A DNA stretch of 64,000 bases from an uncultured Candidatus Saccharibacteria bacterium (lineage in GTDB: Bacteria; Patescibacteriota; Minisyncoccia; Phycocordibacterales; SBAW01). The notes under the pieces are model-generated. The model saw only the letters and a program-made list of their open reading frames with translations. It had not been told where the DNA came from and searched no databases. Shown here in pieces: positions 44,903 through 55,204 of this stretch; the first letter of the stretch is position 1, and each line of letters starts with the position of its first letter. Location: positions 411,032 through 475,031 of the forward strand of contig CAZYUH010000001.1 of the NCBI GenBank assembly GCA_964650645.1. Direction: 5' to 3'. Both the position numbers and the translations under genes were made by a program.

Positions 44903-45754
44903 ATGAAAACACTCAGAGAAACAATCAGCGAATACAAATCGGCGGGCAAGGCGATAGGGCATTTTAATTTCTCGGACTCCAACCAGCTCAAGGCCATTAT
45001 CGACGCTTCGCGCGAGACGGGCCTGCCGGTCATCGCGGGGCTTTCCGAAGGCGAGCGCGAATACTTCCCGCTCATGCAGGCGCGCGCGTTCGTGGAGCTG
45101 TACCAGAACCAGGGTGTCGAGGTGTACCTCAACGCCGACCACACCTACACGACCGAGAAGGTCCAGCGCGCCCTATCGGCGGGCGTTGATTCGGTGGTGG
45201 TGGACGGCGCGCATCTTCCGACCGAGGAGAACATCCGCCTGCTCGCTTCGTGCGTGAAGTACGCGCGCGCCGCCGGACGCGATGTTGTCGTCGAGGGCGA
45301 ATTGGGCTACATCGGCCAGTCCTCCAAGGTCATGGACGCTCTGCCCGAGGGCGTTACGGAGGCCAACCTGACCACTCCCGAGGACGCGAAGGCGTTCGTC
45401 GAGGCGACGGGCGTCGATTGCTTCGCCCCCGCGGTCGGCAACGTGCACGGCATGCTCAAGTCCGCGGCCCAGCCCAGGCTCCATCCCGACCACGTAAAAG
45501 CCATAGCCGACGCCACCGGCGTGCCGCTTGTCTTGCACGGCGCGTCCGGCAATACCGAGGAGGACATATTGGCCTGCATCAAGCAAGGCGTCGCCATTGT
45601 GCATATAAACACCGAGTTGAGGCTCCTGTACCGCGACAGCCTGCGCGCCTCGCTTTCGGGCGACGAGACCACGCCGTACAAGTTCCTGACGCCGGCCGTG
45701 GACGCCATGAAGGCCTACCTTGCGGGAAAGATGCGCGCGTTCGCCGGGCAGTAG
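44903..45754 (+). CDS. fba: Class II fructose-bisphosphate aldolase
   Basis: AIGHFN, LNADH, DSVVVDGA, VEGELG, APAVGNVHG, PLVLHGASG, INTE. Confidence 0.93.
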   Translation: MKTLRETISEYKSAGKAIGHFNFSDSNQLKAIIDASRETGLPVIAGLSEGEREYFPLMQARAFVELYQNQGVEVYLNADHTYTTEKVQRALSAGVDSVVVDGAHLPTEENIRLLASCVKYARAAGRDVVVEGELGYIGQSSKVMDALPEGVTEANLTTPEDAKAFVEATGVDCFAPAVGNVHGMLKSAAQPRLHPDHVKAIADATGVPLVLHGASGNTEEDILACIKQGVAIVHINTELRLLYRDSLRASLSGDETTPYKFLTPAVDAMKAYLAGKMRAFAGQ

Positions 45755-45777
45755 TGGATAATAGCCCGCGCGCACTC

Positions 45778-45814
45778 AGCGCCCGTGCCATACTTGAATG
45801 GCGCGGGCGCTTTT
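45778..45814 (+). terminator. Intrinsic terminator after fba
   Basis: AGCGCCCGTGCCAT-acttga-ATGGCGCGGGCGCT-TTT. Confidence 0.65.
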
Positions 45815-45872
45815 GCCGCATGCGTCAGCCGTGTTGCGCGGCAGTAGCACATAATCCCAACGATATTTCCAT

Positions 45873-48485
45873 ATGAAGCATTTCCTGCGACGCGTGCGGA
45901 AGGCGGCGCGCCCGCATATTAAGAAATTCGCCGCCCTTCCCATGAAGAGCAAGGCGCTTGTTGCCGCCGCCGCGCTCGTGGTGGCCATAGGCCTTCCGTC
46001 CGCCGTCCTGCACGCGTGGACCATTTACCCTACGATGTCGTATACGACGGTCTATACCGGCGGCTACACGACCATTTCCTGGTCCGCCCCGACCTCGGAC
46101 TGGTGCCAGATTTACTACACGCAGGGGTCGGCGGCGCATATGTCGGGCGAGTCGTGCTACACGAGCAAGCTCGGGAACGTATGCGCCGTCGTGGTAAACG
46201 GCCCCAACGGAAGCGTCTCTGCCGGCCCCATAAACAGCGCGAATACGTACAACCTGTACTGCTACAACGCGTCGGGCGGCATCGGCTCGTCCGAAGGGAC
46301 CGGCTCGAGCTATATAACGGTGTACCCGACTACGCGCACCGCCACCACGCTTAACTACTTCTACGCGTCGCCGTCGTCCATTCCCTTGGGCGGCAACACG
46401 ACGCTCTACTACAGCGCCAACGCGGGCACGAGCGGCACGGGCGTGTACCTAAGCGGCTACGGGTACTTAAGCGGCTGGTCCGGGAGCCTTGCGCGCGGGC
46501 CGCTCAGCAGCAACACCACTTACTACCTGTACCTTGAAGACAGCTACTACGGCGAGACGGGGCCGTGGAATACGACCGTGACGGTGAACTCGCCCGTTAC
46601 GGCGGGCGCGTCCGCCCCGGCGAGCGTCCCGGTCGGACAGAGCGCCACGATTTCCTTCTATGCCGACAGCGCGACGCCGCCGACGCAATGCCAGATAAAC
46701 AACTACAACGATACCGTCGCGCTCCTGAACGTCCCAGGCTGCTCGTCGGCCCAGGCGCGCACGTACAACACGGGCCCGCTCAATACGCCCGGCTCGTACG
46801 CGTACAAGTTCTACTACTACCAGGGCGCGTGGGTGTACGCCAAAACGGTAACGGTCAACGTGGCGCCCAGCTGCAGCTTCGCGCCAGCCTCCGCTACTGT
46901 CCAATCGGCCGGGGATACGGCGACCCTTTCCTATTCGAGCCAGGGCGCGACGAGCGGCAGCATCGATAACGGCTTCGCGGCGCTTCCCACGGCGCCGGGC
47001 GCACCTAAGAGCGTGTATCTTACTTCGGGCACCAGCTGGACCGTGCCCGGCGACTGGAACAACGCCAACCCTTTCTCTGTCGAAGTCATCGGCGGGGGCG
47101 CGGGCGGCGGCAACGGCGCCACGGGCAATACGGGCTACACGGGTAACACCGGCTCCGGCGCGTACAGCGGGCGCGGCGGCACGGGCGGCACGGGCGGCAC
47201 CGGCGGCTACGGCGGTTCGGGCGGCGGCGGCGGCGCGTACACCAAGATTACGAACACGAGCGGCCTGACGCTGACGCCGGGCGCCTCGATTGCCGTGCGA
47301 GTCGGCGCGGGCGGCGGCGCGGGAGCGTCCGGCGGGGACACGTATTTCAACGGCGCGTCGTGCGCGGCGTCGTCCGTCTGCGCCAAGGGCGGCCTGGCCG
47401 GCGGCACGGGCGGGGCCGCGGCATCGGGCGTGCCCGCAACCAACAGCACCCGCTACTCGGGCGGCAACGGCTACCCGGGCAGCGCGGGTTCGGGCGGGTA
47501 CGGCGGCAGTGCGGGGGCGTACGGGGCAGATGGTTATTATTCGTATCCGAACGGCACCAAGGGTGCTCCGGTTTGGAATCCGCCGGTGAGCGGCGCCGGA
47601 GGCGCGGGCGGCTCCGGCGGCGCTGGCGGCGCGGGCAGGGGCGGCGGCGGCGCGGCCGGGCCGTACGGCAACGGCGGCAACGCCTCCGGTTCGACCGGCG
47701 GCTACGGCGACGCGAACCACACCTCGCCGGGCTATAACGGAACCGAGTACGGCTCGTACGGCGCGGGCGGCGGTGCGTACGGCCCGTCGGGCGCGTCCGG
47801 CAATTACGGCGCCGGGGGTGCCGGCGGCAACGGCGGCACCGGCGGCCAGGGAGGCTACGGCGGCGGCTCGGGCGGATACGGAGGCTACGGAGGCTACGGC
47901 GGGGGAGGCGGCGGCGCGGGGAGCGCCGGAAAAGGCGGGCTCATCGTCATTACCTATACGCCTGAAGTGTTCGCTTCCAGCGCTTCAGTGGCGACGCCGC
48001 CCATCAACACCAGCCCGACCACGTTCACCATGACGGTCAGCGACGCCGCATCGGGCCTCTCGGGCACCTGCTCCATTCCGGTCACCATAGACGACGCGTG
48101 CAGCGACATCTCCGGGTTCCAGCCCAACAGCTGGAACGCCTCGCCGCCCAGCGGCTGCCAGGCGGGGCCTACCTGCGTGCCGGCCGGCTACACGTACAAC
48201 GGCAGCATATGCGTCTCGTCCATACCGGTCCTCGACGCGTTCAGCGGCCCGTCGCGCGTGCGCCGCGGCAATACCGCCACGCTCACCTACACCGTTTCCA
48301 ATCCGCCGGCATCGTGCGTCATAAACGGCACGGACGGGTTCAATGCCGTGATAAGCCCGCAGGACGGCGTGCAGGGCTCGGTGACGACGAACCCCATCGT
48401 GGGCCAGACGTCCTTCAAGCTCTGGTGCAACGGCGTGTCGCAGACCGTAACAGTCAACGTCGCGCCCGAGTACCAGGAGATATAG
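45873..48485 (+). CDS. Large secreted mosaic protein L1: Ig-like repeats, inserted glycine-rich domain, conserved terminal domain ending PEYQEI
   Basis: Basic n-region, h-region, VLHA cleavage; KSVYLTSGTSWTVPGDW...GLIVITYT; PSRVRRGNTATLTY...APEYQEI. Confidence 0.8.
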   Translation: MKHFLRRVRKAARPHIKKFAALPMKSKALVAAAALVVAIGLPSAVLHAWTIYPTMSYTTVYTGGYTTISWSAPTSDWCQIYYTQGSAAHMSGESCYTSKLGNVCAVVVNGPNGSVSAGPINSANTYNLYCYNASGGIGSSEGTGSSYITVYPTTRTATTLNYFYASPSSIPLGGNTTLYYSANAGTSGTGVYLSGYGYLSGWSGSLARGPLSSNTTYYLYLEDSYYGETGPWNTTVTVNSPVTAGASAPASVPVGQSATISFYADSATPPTQCQINNYNDTVALLNVPGCSSAQARTYNTGPLNTPGSYAYKFYYYQGAWVYAKTVTVNVAPSCSFAPASATVQSAGDTATLSYSSQGATSGSIDNGFAALPTAPGAPKSVYLTSGTSWTVPGDWNNANPFSVEVIGGGAGGGNGATGNTGYTGNTGSGAYSGRGGTGGTGGTGGYGGSGGGGGAYTKITNTSGLTLTPGASIAVRVGAGGGAGASGGDTYFNGASCAASSVCAKGGLAGGTGGAAASGVPATNSTRYSGGNGYPGSAGSGGYGGSAGAYGADGYYSYPNGTKGAPVWNPPVSGAGGAGGSGGAGGAGRGGGGAAGPYGNGGNASGSTGGYGDANHTSPGYNGTEYGSYGAGGGAYGPSGASGNYGAGGAGGNGGTGGQGGYGGGSGGYGGYGGYGGGGGGAGSAGKGGLIVITYTPEVFASSASVATPPINTSPTTFTMTVSDAASGLSGTCSIPVTIDDACSDISGFQPNSWNASPPSGCQAGPTCVPAGYTYNGSICVSSIPVLDAFSGPSRVRRGNTATLTYTVSNPPASCVINGTDGFNAVISPQDGVQGSVTTNPIVGQTSFKLWCNGVSQTVTVNVAPEYQEI

Positions 48486-48540
48486 TCCGGTGGGGATAGG
48501 GGTGCCGCCGCGCGCCCGATAGGGGCTATAGTTAATGCAT

Positions 48541-48924
48541 ATGATAAAGAAAGCGCTCATCTGGGTTACCGTGCTGCTCGCGCTCATCGCGCTTTCCGGC
48601 GCGGGATATTACTACCTCGGCACGGGCGCCCCGAGCCCCGAGCCCCTGCCGCCCGCGGCGATGCCCGACAACAACGTCATAGCCGGCCCGGTCGTGAGCG
48701 CGAGCGCGCAGGGCGTCACGATAGCCAAGCAGGACGGAACGCAGGCGACGCTCAGCCTATCGGCGCAGACGCAGGTAATCGAGGCGGGGACTAACGGCCA
48801 GCCCGGCATCCAAAAGAGCGCGAGCGATATCGAGCCGGGAATGATGGTGCTGGTCACCCCGAGCGAGAGCGACGCGTCGCTCGCCGCGTTCATCGTCATC
48901 CTTCCGCCGCCGCCCATGCAGTAG
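48541..48924 (+). CDS. Small membrane-anchored DUF5666/OB-fold-like protein S1
   Basis: N-terminal TM; GPVVSASAQGVTI...SDIEPGMMVLV...A.FIVILP; TATAGT 8 nt before ATG 48541. Confidence 0.65.
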   Translation: MIKKALIWVTVLLALIALSGAGYYYLGTGAPSPEPLPPAAMPDNNVIAGPVVSASAQGVTIAKQDGTQATLSLSAQTQVIEAGTNGQPGIQKSASDIEPGMMVLVTPSESDASLAAFIVILPPPPMQ

Positions 48925-48941
48925 GCGCGTTCCAAGCTTGC

Positions 48942-50366
48942 ATGAAATTCCTTAAAAAACTCAAGAAGCGGGCGAACAGGCTCAAGCGAAACCAGCTAAG
49001 CGAGCTCGTTCTCATGACCGGCGCCATGGCGCTCCTGCTTGTCGTCGCCGTGTTCATGCGCCTGGGCGCGCCCCAGGTCGCCCGGGCGTTCTACATTCCG
49101 GTAACGCCGTCCTATACCCCCGTTACGACCGGCGGCTACACCACCATTTCCTGGACCGCCTACGACGCCGATTATTGCTCCATAGGCTATTACGCATCGC
49201 CGGCGGCGGGGCATCTTTCGGGCGAGACTTGCTACGGCGGGTCGATTGCCAGCTATGGAACAAAAGGGGGAGGGGGAGGAGGGACTCCGTACTGCAGCGT
49301 TATGGTCCCAGGCAGGGCCGGCCGCAGCTACAACGTAGCCGGCAGCGCGACGGCCGGCCCGATGAACGCCGCAACCACGTACAACATCGCGTGCATGAAC
49401 AGCGGCAGATGGAACTCCGGCTCCGGCAGCGCCAGCGTCACGGTCTACCCGACGCCGCGCACTCCCACTACGCTCAACTATTTCTACGCATCGCCCTCCA
49501 CCATCCCGTATAACGCCAGCGCCACGCTCTACTACAGCGGCAACAGGGGCACTGACGGCGTCGGCTTGTATCTTGCCAATTACGGCTACCTTAGCGGGTG
49601 GTCGGGCAGCATCGCGCGCGGTCCGCTTACGGGCAATGCGACCTACGGCATCTACACCGTAGACAATTACTACGGCTGGGTGGGGCCGTGGAATACGACC
49701 GTTACCGTGTCGGCCCCGGTCGCGCCCAAGGGCCCGTGCAACGACATTCCTGCCGCGACTACGCTCCCCAACGGCTGCGTTGCGCCCGCGGTGGTGCCGG
49801 GAACCTGCATCCCATCGGGCGGCAGCTATTCCGCTGGGTCCAATACCTGCTCGTGCCCGGTCGGAAAGCATTTGGAGGGTACTGCCTGCGTCGCGAACCC
49901 GCTGTGCGCCAACGGCCTCAACGATTCCTACGCGCCGTCGTGCGCGTGCCCGGCGGGCCAGTACCAGCCCGGGGGCGTCTCGTACTGCGTGGTCCTGCCG
50001 GTGTGCACCAATGGGCTGAGCGAAGCGTACTCGCCCAGCTGCACGTGCCCCGCAGGCCAGGTGCAGGTGTCCGGAGGCTCCACGTGCGTACCGAAGGGTG
50101 AAATACACAGCATGACCGCACAGCCCTCGCGCGTGCGCAAGGGCAACACCGGCACGGTGTCATGGAACACGAGCGCGATGGTCTCGTGCACGCTTAAGGG
50201 TCCCGTGAACGGCGCGATGCAGACGCTCTCGACCGAGCTGTCGGGGACGAGGACCGTCACCATAACCAACCAGTCCGTGTACACGCTCTCGTGCGCCGAC
50301 CAGTCGGGCGCGTCGTACAGCTCGACCGCCACTATAAACCTCATCCCCGAAGTCGAGGAGCTATAG
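48942..50366 (+). CDS. Large secreted mosaic protein L2: Ig-like domains, Cys-rich repeats, terminal domain ending PEVEEL
   Basis: VARA cleavage; CSCPVGK/CACPAGQ/CTCPAGQ repeats; PSRVRKGNTGTVSW...IPEVEEL. Confidence 0.8.
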   Translation: MKFLKKLKKRANRLKRNQLSELVLMTGAMALLLVVAVFMRLGAPQVARAFYIPVTPSYTPVTTGGYTTISWTAYDADYCSIGYYASPAAGHLSGETCYGGSIASYGTKGGGGGGTPYCSVMVPGRAGRSYNVAGSATAGPMNAATTYNIACMNSGRWNSGSGSASVTVYPTPRTPTTLNYFYASPSTIPYNASATLYYSGNRGTDGVGLYLANYGYLSGWSGSIARGPLTGNATYGIYTVDNYYGWVGPWNTTVTVSAPVAPKGPCNDIPAATTLPNGCVAPAVVPGTCIPSGGSYSAGSNTCSCPVGKHLEGTACVANPLCANGLNDSYAPSCACPAGQYQPGGVSYCVVLPVCTNGLSEAYSPSCTCPAGQVQVSGGSTCVPKGEIHSMTAQPSRVRKGNTGTVSWNTSAMVSCTLKGPVNGAMQTLSTELSGTRTVTITNQSVYTLSCADQSGASYSSTATINLIPEVEEL

Positions 50367-50418
50367 GGGTAAGGGCCGGGCGGAAGACGGGGCGGGATAT
50401 CATAACGAATAACACAGT

Positions 50419-51084
50419 ATGAACATGAACAAGAAAACGATTATAGAGGCGGCGGTCGCGGTCGCTGTTATCGCGGCGGGCGCGTTCGCGTATATGCACT
50501 ACAAGCAGGGCGCCGAGCCCGCCGCATTCGACCCCAACCTCGTAGCGCCGGCCGGCACCGTCACCGCCATCTCGCCTTCAAGCATCTCCATACGCCAGCA
50601 GGACGGCGCGCAGAAGACGTTCGCCATAGGCCCCGATACGCTCGTCATAAGCCAGGTCGCTGCTGGCGAAACAGGCAAGGGAATCAGCGACATCGCCGCG
50701 GGTACGCTGGTGATACTCAGGCCGAGCCCCGCCAATCCCGGCGCCCTCGCCTCGATTCAGATTTCGGGCGCCGGCGCGCCTCCCGCGCCCGGAACCGCGG
50801 CCGCCGCGCCGAGCGGCCCGCCCGTATCGTTCATGGGGGTGGTCGTAACGGTGAGCCCGTCCGTGCTCGTCATCAAGCCTCAGGAGCCGAATGCTGAGGA
50901 CGTCGAGGTGGCCATAACCGCCGGCACGGCCGTGCGCTCCAACGTGCTGGCGGGGCAGAAGGGTAAGACGTTTGAAGACATTGCGGCCGGAACCCCCGTG
51001 TTCGTCGCGGGCACGACGGGCGACGCGGGCGTTACCGCGAACATCGTGCAGGTGCTGGTGCCAATAGAAGAATTGGCGCAGTAG
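50419..51084 (+). CDS. Membrane-anchored tandem DUF5666-like protein S2
   Basis: TM; GTVTAISPSSISI...DIAAGTLV; second unit G.VVTVSPSVLVI...EDIAAGTPVFVAG. Confidence 0.7.
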   Translation: MNMNKKTIIEAAVAVAVIAAGAFAYMHYKQGAEPAAFDPNLVAPAGTVTAISPSSISIRQQDGAQKTFAIGPDTLVISQVAAGETGKGISDIAAGTLVILRPSPANPGALASIQISGAGAPPAPGTAAAAPSGPPVSFMGVVVTVSPSVLVIKPQEPNAEDVEVAITAGTAVRSNVLAGQKGKTFEDIAAGTPVFVAGTTGDAGVTANIVQVLVPIEELAQ

Positions 51085-51130
51085 CGCCGTTCCCGATCCG
51101 GCGGGTCCTGGTTCGTAGGCGCTCATCCAT

Positions 51131-51784
51131 ATGAAATTGAAAGCCGTTATCATCGCCGCAGCGCTCGCCGTCCTGGCGGCCGCTGCCGGAGCCCTGTATT
51201 ACAGCGGCACGCTTAATCCATTCATGGAAATCCTCGCCGGTTTCCCGGAGCGGGATGAGCAAAAGGCGGTGGGTGCGCTGGCCGCCGTTACGCCGACCAG
51301 CGTTACTATTGCCGGACAGGACGGCGCGCAAAAGACGTTCGCCATAGGCCCCGACACGCTCGTCATAAGCCAGGTCGCTGCCGGCGAGACGGGCAAGGCT
51401 CTCGGGCAGATTCCGCTCAAGAGCCCGGTTATGATCGTTCCCGGCGCGTCCCGCACCGTTGCCGCATCCGTCAGCCTCCTTCCTCCTCTGCCGCCCGCGC
51501 CCCCTCCGGGGGCGGAAATAGTAACCACGGAGGGGGCGATGGCCTCCAAGACGGCCGACAGCATTACCTTGCGCACGGATGACGGGACGTCCGTGCGATT
51601 CCTGGTTACCGCCTCGACCTCGGTGGTGTCGAAGGTCGAGGCGGGCGGCGTGGGCGCCGGATTCGACTCGCTCGAATTCCGCGACCGCGTCAGCGCCTTC
51701 GGCGCGCGCAACGAGGACGGGAGCGTCGAAGCGCTGCAGCTGCTTATCCTGCCGCCGTCCGCCGCGGATGGCGCAAACCGATAA
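51131..51784 (+). CDS. Membrane-anchored tandem DUF5666-like protein S3
   Basis: TM; QDGAQKTFAIGPDTLVISQVAAGETGK identical to S2; EG.MASKTADSITL...FDSLEFRDRVSAFG...VEALQL. Confidence 0.7.
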   Translation: MKLKAVIIAAALAVLAAAAGALYYSGTLNPFMEILAGFPERDEQKAVGALAAVTPTSVTIAGQDGAQKTFAIGPDTLVISQVAAGETGKALGQIPLKSPVMIVPGASRTVAASVSLLPPLPPAPPPGAEIVTTEGAMASKTADSITLRTDDGTSVRFLVTASTSVVSKVEAGGVGAGFDSLEFRDRVSAFGARNEDGSVEALQLLILPPSAADGANR

Positions 51785-51793
51785 TATATTTTT

Positions 51794-54451
51794 ATGAACA
51801 TCCTCAAGAAAATAAAGAAGGCGTGGCGCGGCCCTACGCGCACCCTCGCGCTCGTGCTGGGCGCCGTAGCGCTCGCGCTGTTTGTGCGCGTCGGCGTTCC
51901 CGCGATAGTGCACGCCTGGACCATTTACCCCGTTCTGTCCTACACGCCGTTCTACGCGGGGCAGTACACCACCGTTTCGTGGTCCGCGCCCACCTCCGAC
52001 TATTGCTATCTCATCGGATTCGCGCCCGGCGGCGGCACGGTCCTCTATTACGTAAACGGCTATTATTACTACAGCCCCCAGATCCTGTACGCGAACGGCA
52101 GTTATACCGTCGGGCCTGTCAGCAGCCCGTTTACGTACTACGCGTACTGCTACAACCAGTCGGGCGGCATAGGCTCTTCAGAAGGGTTCGGCACCGGCTA
52201 CGTGACGGCGTATCCGACGACCCCGACCCGCTCGACGCCCTACATAAGCGCCTCTCCGACCGGCGTTACGCGCGGCAACAGCAGCACCATATACTGGTCC
52301 ACCTCCGCCGGCAATAACTACTCCACCGGCTACCTGTTCGGCGGCGGCCTCGACGGGTACGTATCGTCGTCGGGCTCGCGCTCGACGGGCGCCCTCAACG
52401 CGAGCACGCAGTACGGCTACCAAGTGTACGATTCGTATTTCGGCTGGGAGACCCCTGCCTACGTCACGGTCGGCGCGTACAACCAGCCCGCCATGACGGC
52501 GAGCGTTACGTCGTCCGCCGGCAATGCGTCGTCGGGCGGGTCGCTCACTGTGCCGTTCGGGACCCAGCTCAACGCGAGCGCCACCTACGCCGCGGGCTCA
52601 GGCGACACGCTCACGTACTCGGTGCTCAACGTCCTGCCGCCGAGCCCCGGCGCGGAATACAACGCCAATTACACCACGCCGTACAACCAGGCCAGCCGCG
52701 CGTACTCCTTCACGCCCGCGACGCCCGGCACGTACGTCATCAAGCCGTACATCCAGACCACCTACGGCAGCGGATGGCTCAATATGCCCGGCGTCAATAT
52801 CACCGTAACGGTGCAGCCGCCCCCGCCGACGCCGGCCATTTCCGCAGCGCCCGCGACGGTCGACATGAACGGCACCTCGACGCTCGCCTGGTCCGCGACG
52901 AACCTCGCGGCAGGGCAGTGCACGCTTGCCGCGCCCTCAAGCGGCGCGGGCACGACGAACTTCGGCGCTGTCACGACCGGTTCCCGCATAGTCAACTACT
53001 ACTCGGTCAACGCCGTGGTAGACGGCTGGGCCTACAGCATGGGCGGGTACAACGGCTCCTCGTACGTGCCGACGGCCTACAAGGCGCCGGCGTCGAGCGA
53101 CCTCTCCAATAACGCGAACTGGAGCACTGCAGGCGCGATACCGACCTCCGTCGCGCTCTTCGACGAGCCGCTCTACATTAACGGCAACCTCTGGAGCTTC
53201 GGCGGCGTGGCGTTCAATACGCAGAACTGGACGAGCACCATCTGCTACGTGCCGGTAAGCGGCGGCACCTTGGGCGCCTGGAGCTGCCCGGCCTCGCTTC
53301 CGACCGGCATGGCGCAGGGCTACTCCAACCCGGTCATTATCGGCGACTACATCTACCGCTTCGGCGGCTACAACTACACCACGTACGCGGGCGGCGTCGC
53401 ATCCGTCGCGCGCGCGCCGCTGTCTTCGCCGACTAGCTGGACGAGGTACCCCAACGTGCTGCCGCAAGCGAGCGGCATGTACGCCCACGGGGTCGCCGTC
53501 ATCGGCGATTACGTCTACCTCTTCGGCGGCTATAACGGCTCCTCGTACCTCAACACCATCTACCGCGCGCCGCTAAGCTCCGACCTCACGTCGCCCTCGA
53601 GCTGGACTTCCGGCGGCGTCATTCCGTACCCGCTCATCAGCATGGGCATCGTCGTTGACGGCGATTATCTCTACCTCATCGGCGGGCACAACGGCACCGG
53701 AGCGGTCAACAGCGTCTACAACATCCCGCTTTCGACCCTGGCCGCGGGCGGTGTCACCCAGGGCTCGTGGGGCAGTTACCTCAGCCTGCCCGCCGCGCGC
53801 AACCTGCCCAAGCCGCTCATTGCGGGCGACAAGCTCTACCTCATGGGCGGCTGGCAGAACGGCGTGTACGCCAACGCCGCCTACGCGCTCCCGTTCAATA
53901 CCGGCCTGCCGTACACCACGCCCGCCAACATGCCGTGGCGCGTTACGGGCGCTCCCAACAAGGCCGTCACCTGGCCGCTGAGCGCCAACACCACGTACGC
54001 GCTCCAGTGCACCAACTCTACCGGCAGCAACTCGGCGTCCGCGGCGGTCAACATACGCGACATGTGCACCGACATCCCCGGATTCCAGAACGCACTGCCG
54101 CCGGGCTGCACCGGCCCCGTGCCGAGCCCCTCGGGCCTCTGCATCCCCGCCGGGTACATGTACGACGGCAGCGCGTGCGTCGTGGCGCCGCCGGTCATAG
54201 GAAGCTTCTTCGGCCCGTCGCGCGTGCGCCGCGGGAGCACGGCCACGCTCACGTACCTTGTCTCCAACCCGCCGGCCTCGTGCTCCATTACCGGCACCAA
54301 CGGCTTCAGCGCGTCGGTGAGCCCGGTAGACGGCGTGCAGGGAACCGTCACGACGGATCCCATCACGGCAAACACCGTGTTCACGCTCGATTGCGACGGA
54401 GTGAAGAGCGCGGCGACGGTCGGCATCACGCCGGAGTACCAGGAACTGTAA
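51794..54451 (+). CDS. Large secreted mosaic protein L3: Ig-like domains, Kelch-like propeller, terminal domain ending PEYQEL
   Basis: IVHA cleavage; six (Y/W)xxGG Kelch-like units (AYSMGGY, LWSFGG, IYRFGGY, VYLFGGY, LYLIGG, LYLMGG); PSRVRRGSTATLTY...TPEYQEL. Confidence 0.82.
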   Translation: MNILKKIKKAWRGPTRTLALVLGAVALALFVRVGVPAIVHAWTIYPVLSYTPFYAGQYTTVSWSAPTSDYCYLIGFAPGGGTVLYYVNGYYYYSPQILYANGSYTVGPVSSPFTYYAYCYNQSGGIGSSEGFGTGYVTAYPTTPTRSTPYISASPTGVTRGNSSTIYWSTSAGNNYSTGYLFGGGLDGYVSSSGSRSTGALNASTQYGYQVYDSYFGWETPAYVTVGAYNQPAMTASVTSSAGNASSGGSLTVPFGTQLNASATYAAGSGDTLTYSVLNVLPPSPGAEYNANYTTPYNQASRAYSFTPATPGTYVIKPYIQTTYGSGWLNMPGVNITVTVQPPPPTPAISAAPATVDMNGTSTLAWSATNLAAGQCTLAAPSSGAGTTNFGAVTTGSRIVNYYSVNAVVDGWAYSMGGYNGSSYVPTAYKAPASSDLSNNANWSTAGAIPTSVALFDEPLYINGNLWSFGGVAFNTQNWTSTICYVPVSGGTLGAWSCPASLPTGMAQGYSNPVIIGDYIYRFGGYNYTTYAGGVASVARAPLSSPTSWTRYPNVLPQASGMYAHGVAVIGDYVYLFGGYNGSSYLNTIYRAPLSSDLTSPSSWTSGGVIPYPLISMGIVVDGDYLYLIGGHNGTGAVNSVYNIPLSTLAAGGVTQGSWGSYLSLPAARNLPKPLIAGDKLYLMGGWQNGVYANAAYALPFNTGLPYTTPANMPWRVTGAPNKAVTWPLSANTTYALQCTNSTGSNSASAAVNIRDMCTDIPGFQNALPPGCTGPVPSPSGLCIPAGYMYDGSACVVAPPVIGSFFGPSRVRRGSTATLTYLVSNPPASCSITGTNGFSASVSPVDGVQGTVTTDPITANTVFTLDCDGVKSAATVGITPEYQEL

Positions 54452-54469
54452 CCGCATAGGAATACGCAT

Positions 54470-55126
54470 ATGAAACTGAACATGAAATCGAAGCCCGTCA
54501 TCGCCGCGCTCGCGCTTGCCGCAGTGGCGCTCGTCCTCGCCGCGCTGTACTTCAGCGGCGCCTTCAAGCCCCGCCAAGCAACGGTCCAAGGATTGCCGCA
54601 CGTGTTCGGTACGCTGGTCGCGGCGACTCCTTCGAGCGTCACGATTGCTGACGAGCACGGCAAGCCCGTTACCCTGAGCGTGAACGCCGGAACCCAGGTC
54701 ATTACCCAGGTTGGGGCGGGCGAGAAAGGCAGGACGCTGGAGCAGATTCCCCTGCAAAGCCGGGTGGTGGTTGTCCAGGATGCGGCGGATAAGACCGTCG
54801 CTGCGAGCATCAGCCCGCTTCCGGCGCCTCCCATGCCCACCCAGGGAATCATGCTTACCAGCGCGGAAGGCACGGTGCTCTCCAAGGCCGCCGACAGCTT
54901 CATGCTCCAGAAGGACGACGGGACTCCCATAAAAATAACGGTCAGCGCCTCGACAAAGGTGCTCTCTAATGTTGCGGCAGGGGAGGAGGGTAAGGGGTTT
55001 GATTCAATCAAGGCCGGCGACCGCGTGGGCGTCGTGGGCACGCTCGATGCGGGCGTCAGCATCGACGCCGTGCAGCTGCTCGTGCTGCGCCCCGTTATCG
55101 CCGCTTCTTCAAGCCCGGCGCTCTAA
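54470..55126 (+). CDS. Membrane-anchored tandem DUF5666-like protein S4
   Basis: TM; GTLVAATPSSVTI...; EGTVLSKAADSF.L..DDGT...FDSIKAGDRVGVVG; paralog of S3. Confidence 0.7.
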   Translation: MKLNMKSKPVIAALALAAVALVLAALYFSGAFKPRQATVQGLPHVFGTLVAATPSSVTIADEHGKPVTLSVNAGTQVITQVGAGEKGRTLEQIPLQSRVVVVQDAADKTVAASISPLPAPPMPTQGIMLTSAEGTVLSKAADSFMLQKDDGTPIKITVSASTKVLSNVAAGEEGKGFDSIKAGDRVGVVGTLDAGVSIDAVQLLVLRPVIAASSSPAL

Positions 55127-55204
55127 GGCGCGCAGCGCTCCTGCGTGAAAGGCGAATGGGGATAGCGGCGGCGCTCACGCCCGCTCCGGCCGTACAATAG
55201 CCGT

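Noticed and set aside
48240-54451. Diversity-generating retroelement TR/VR pair between similar L1 and L3 3' ends
   Set aside because: Differences are mostly synonymous and not adenine-specific, both copies are coding, and no reverse transcriptase is present
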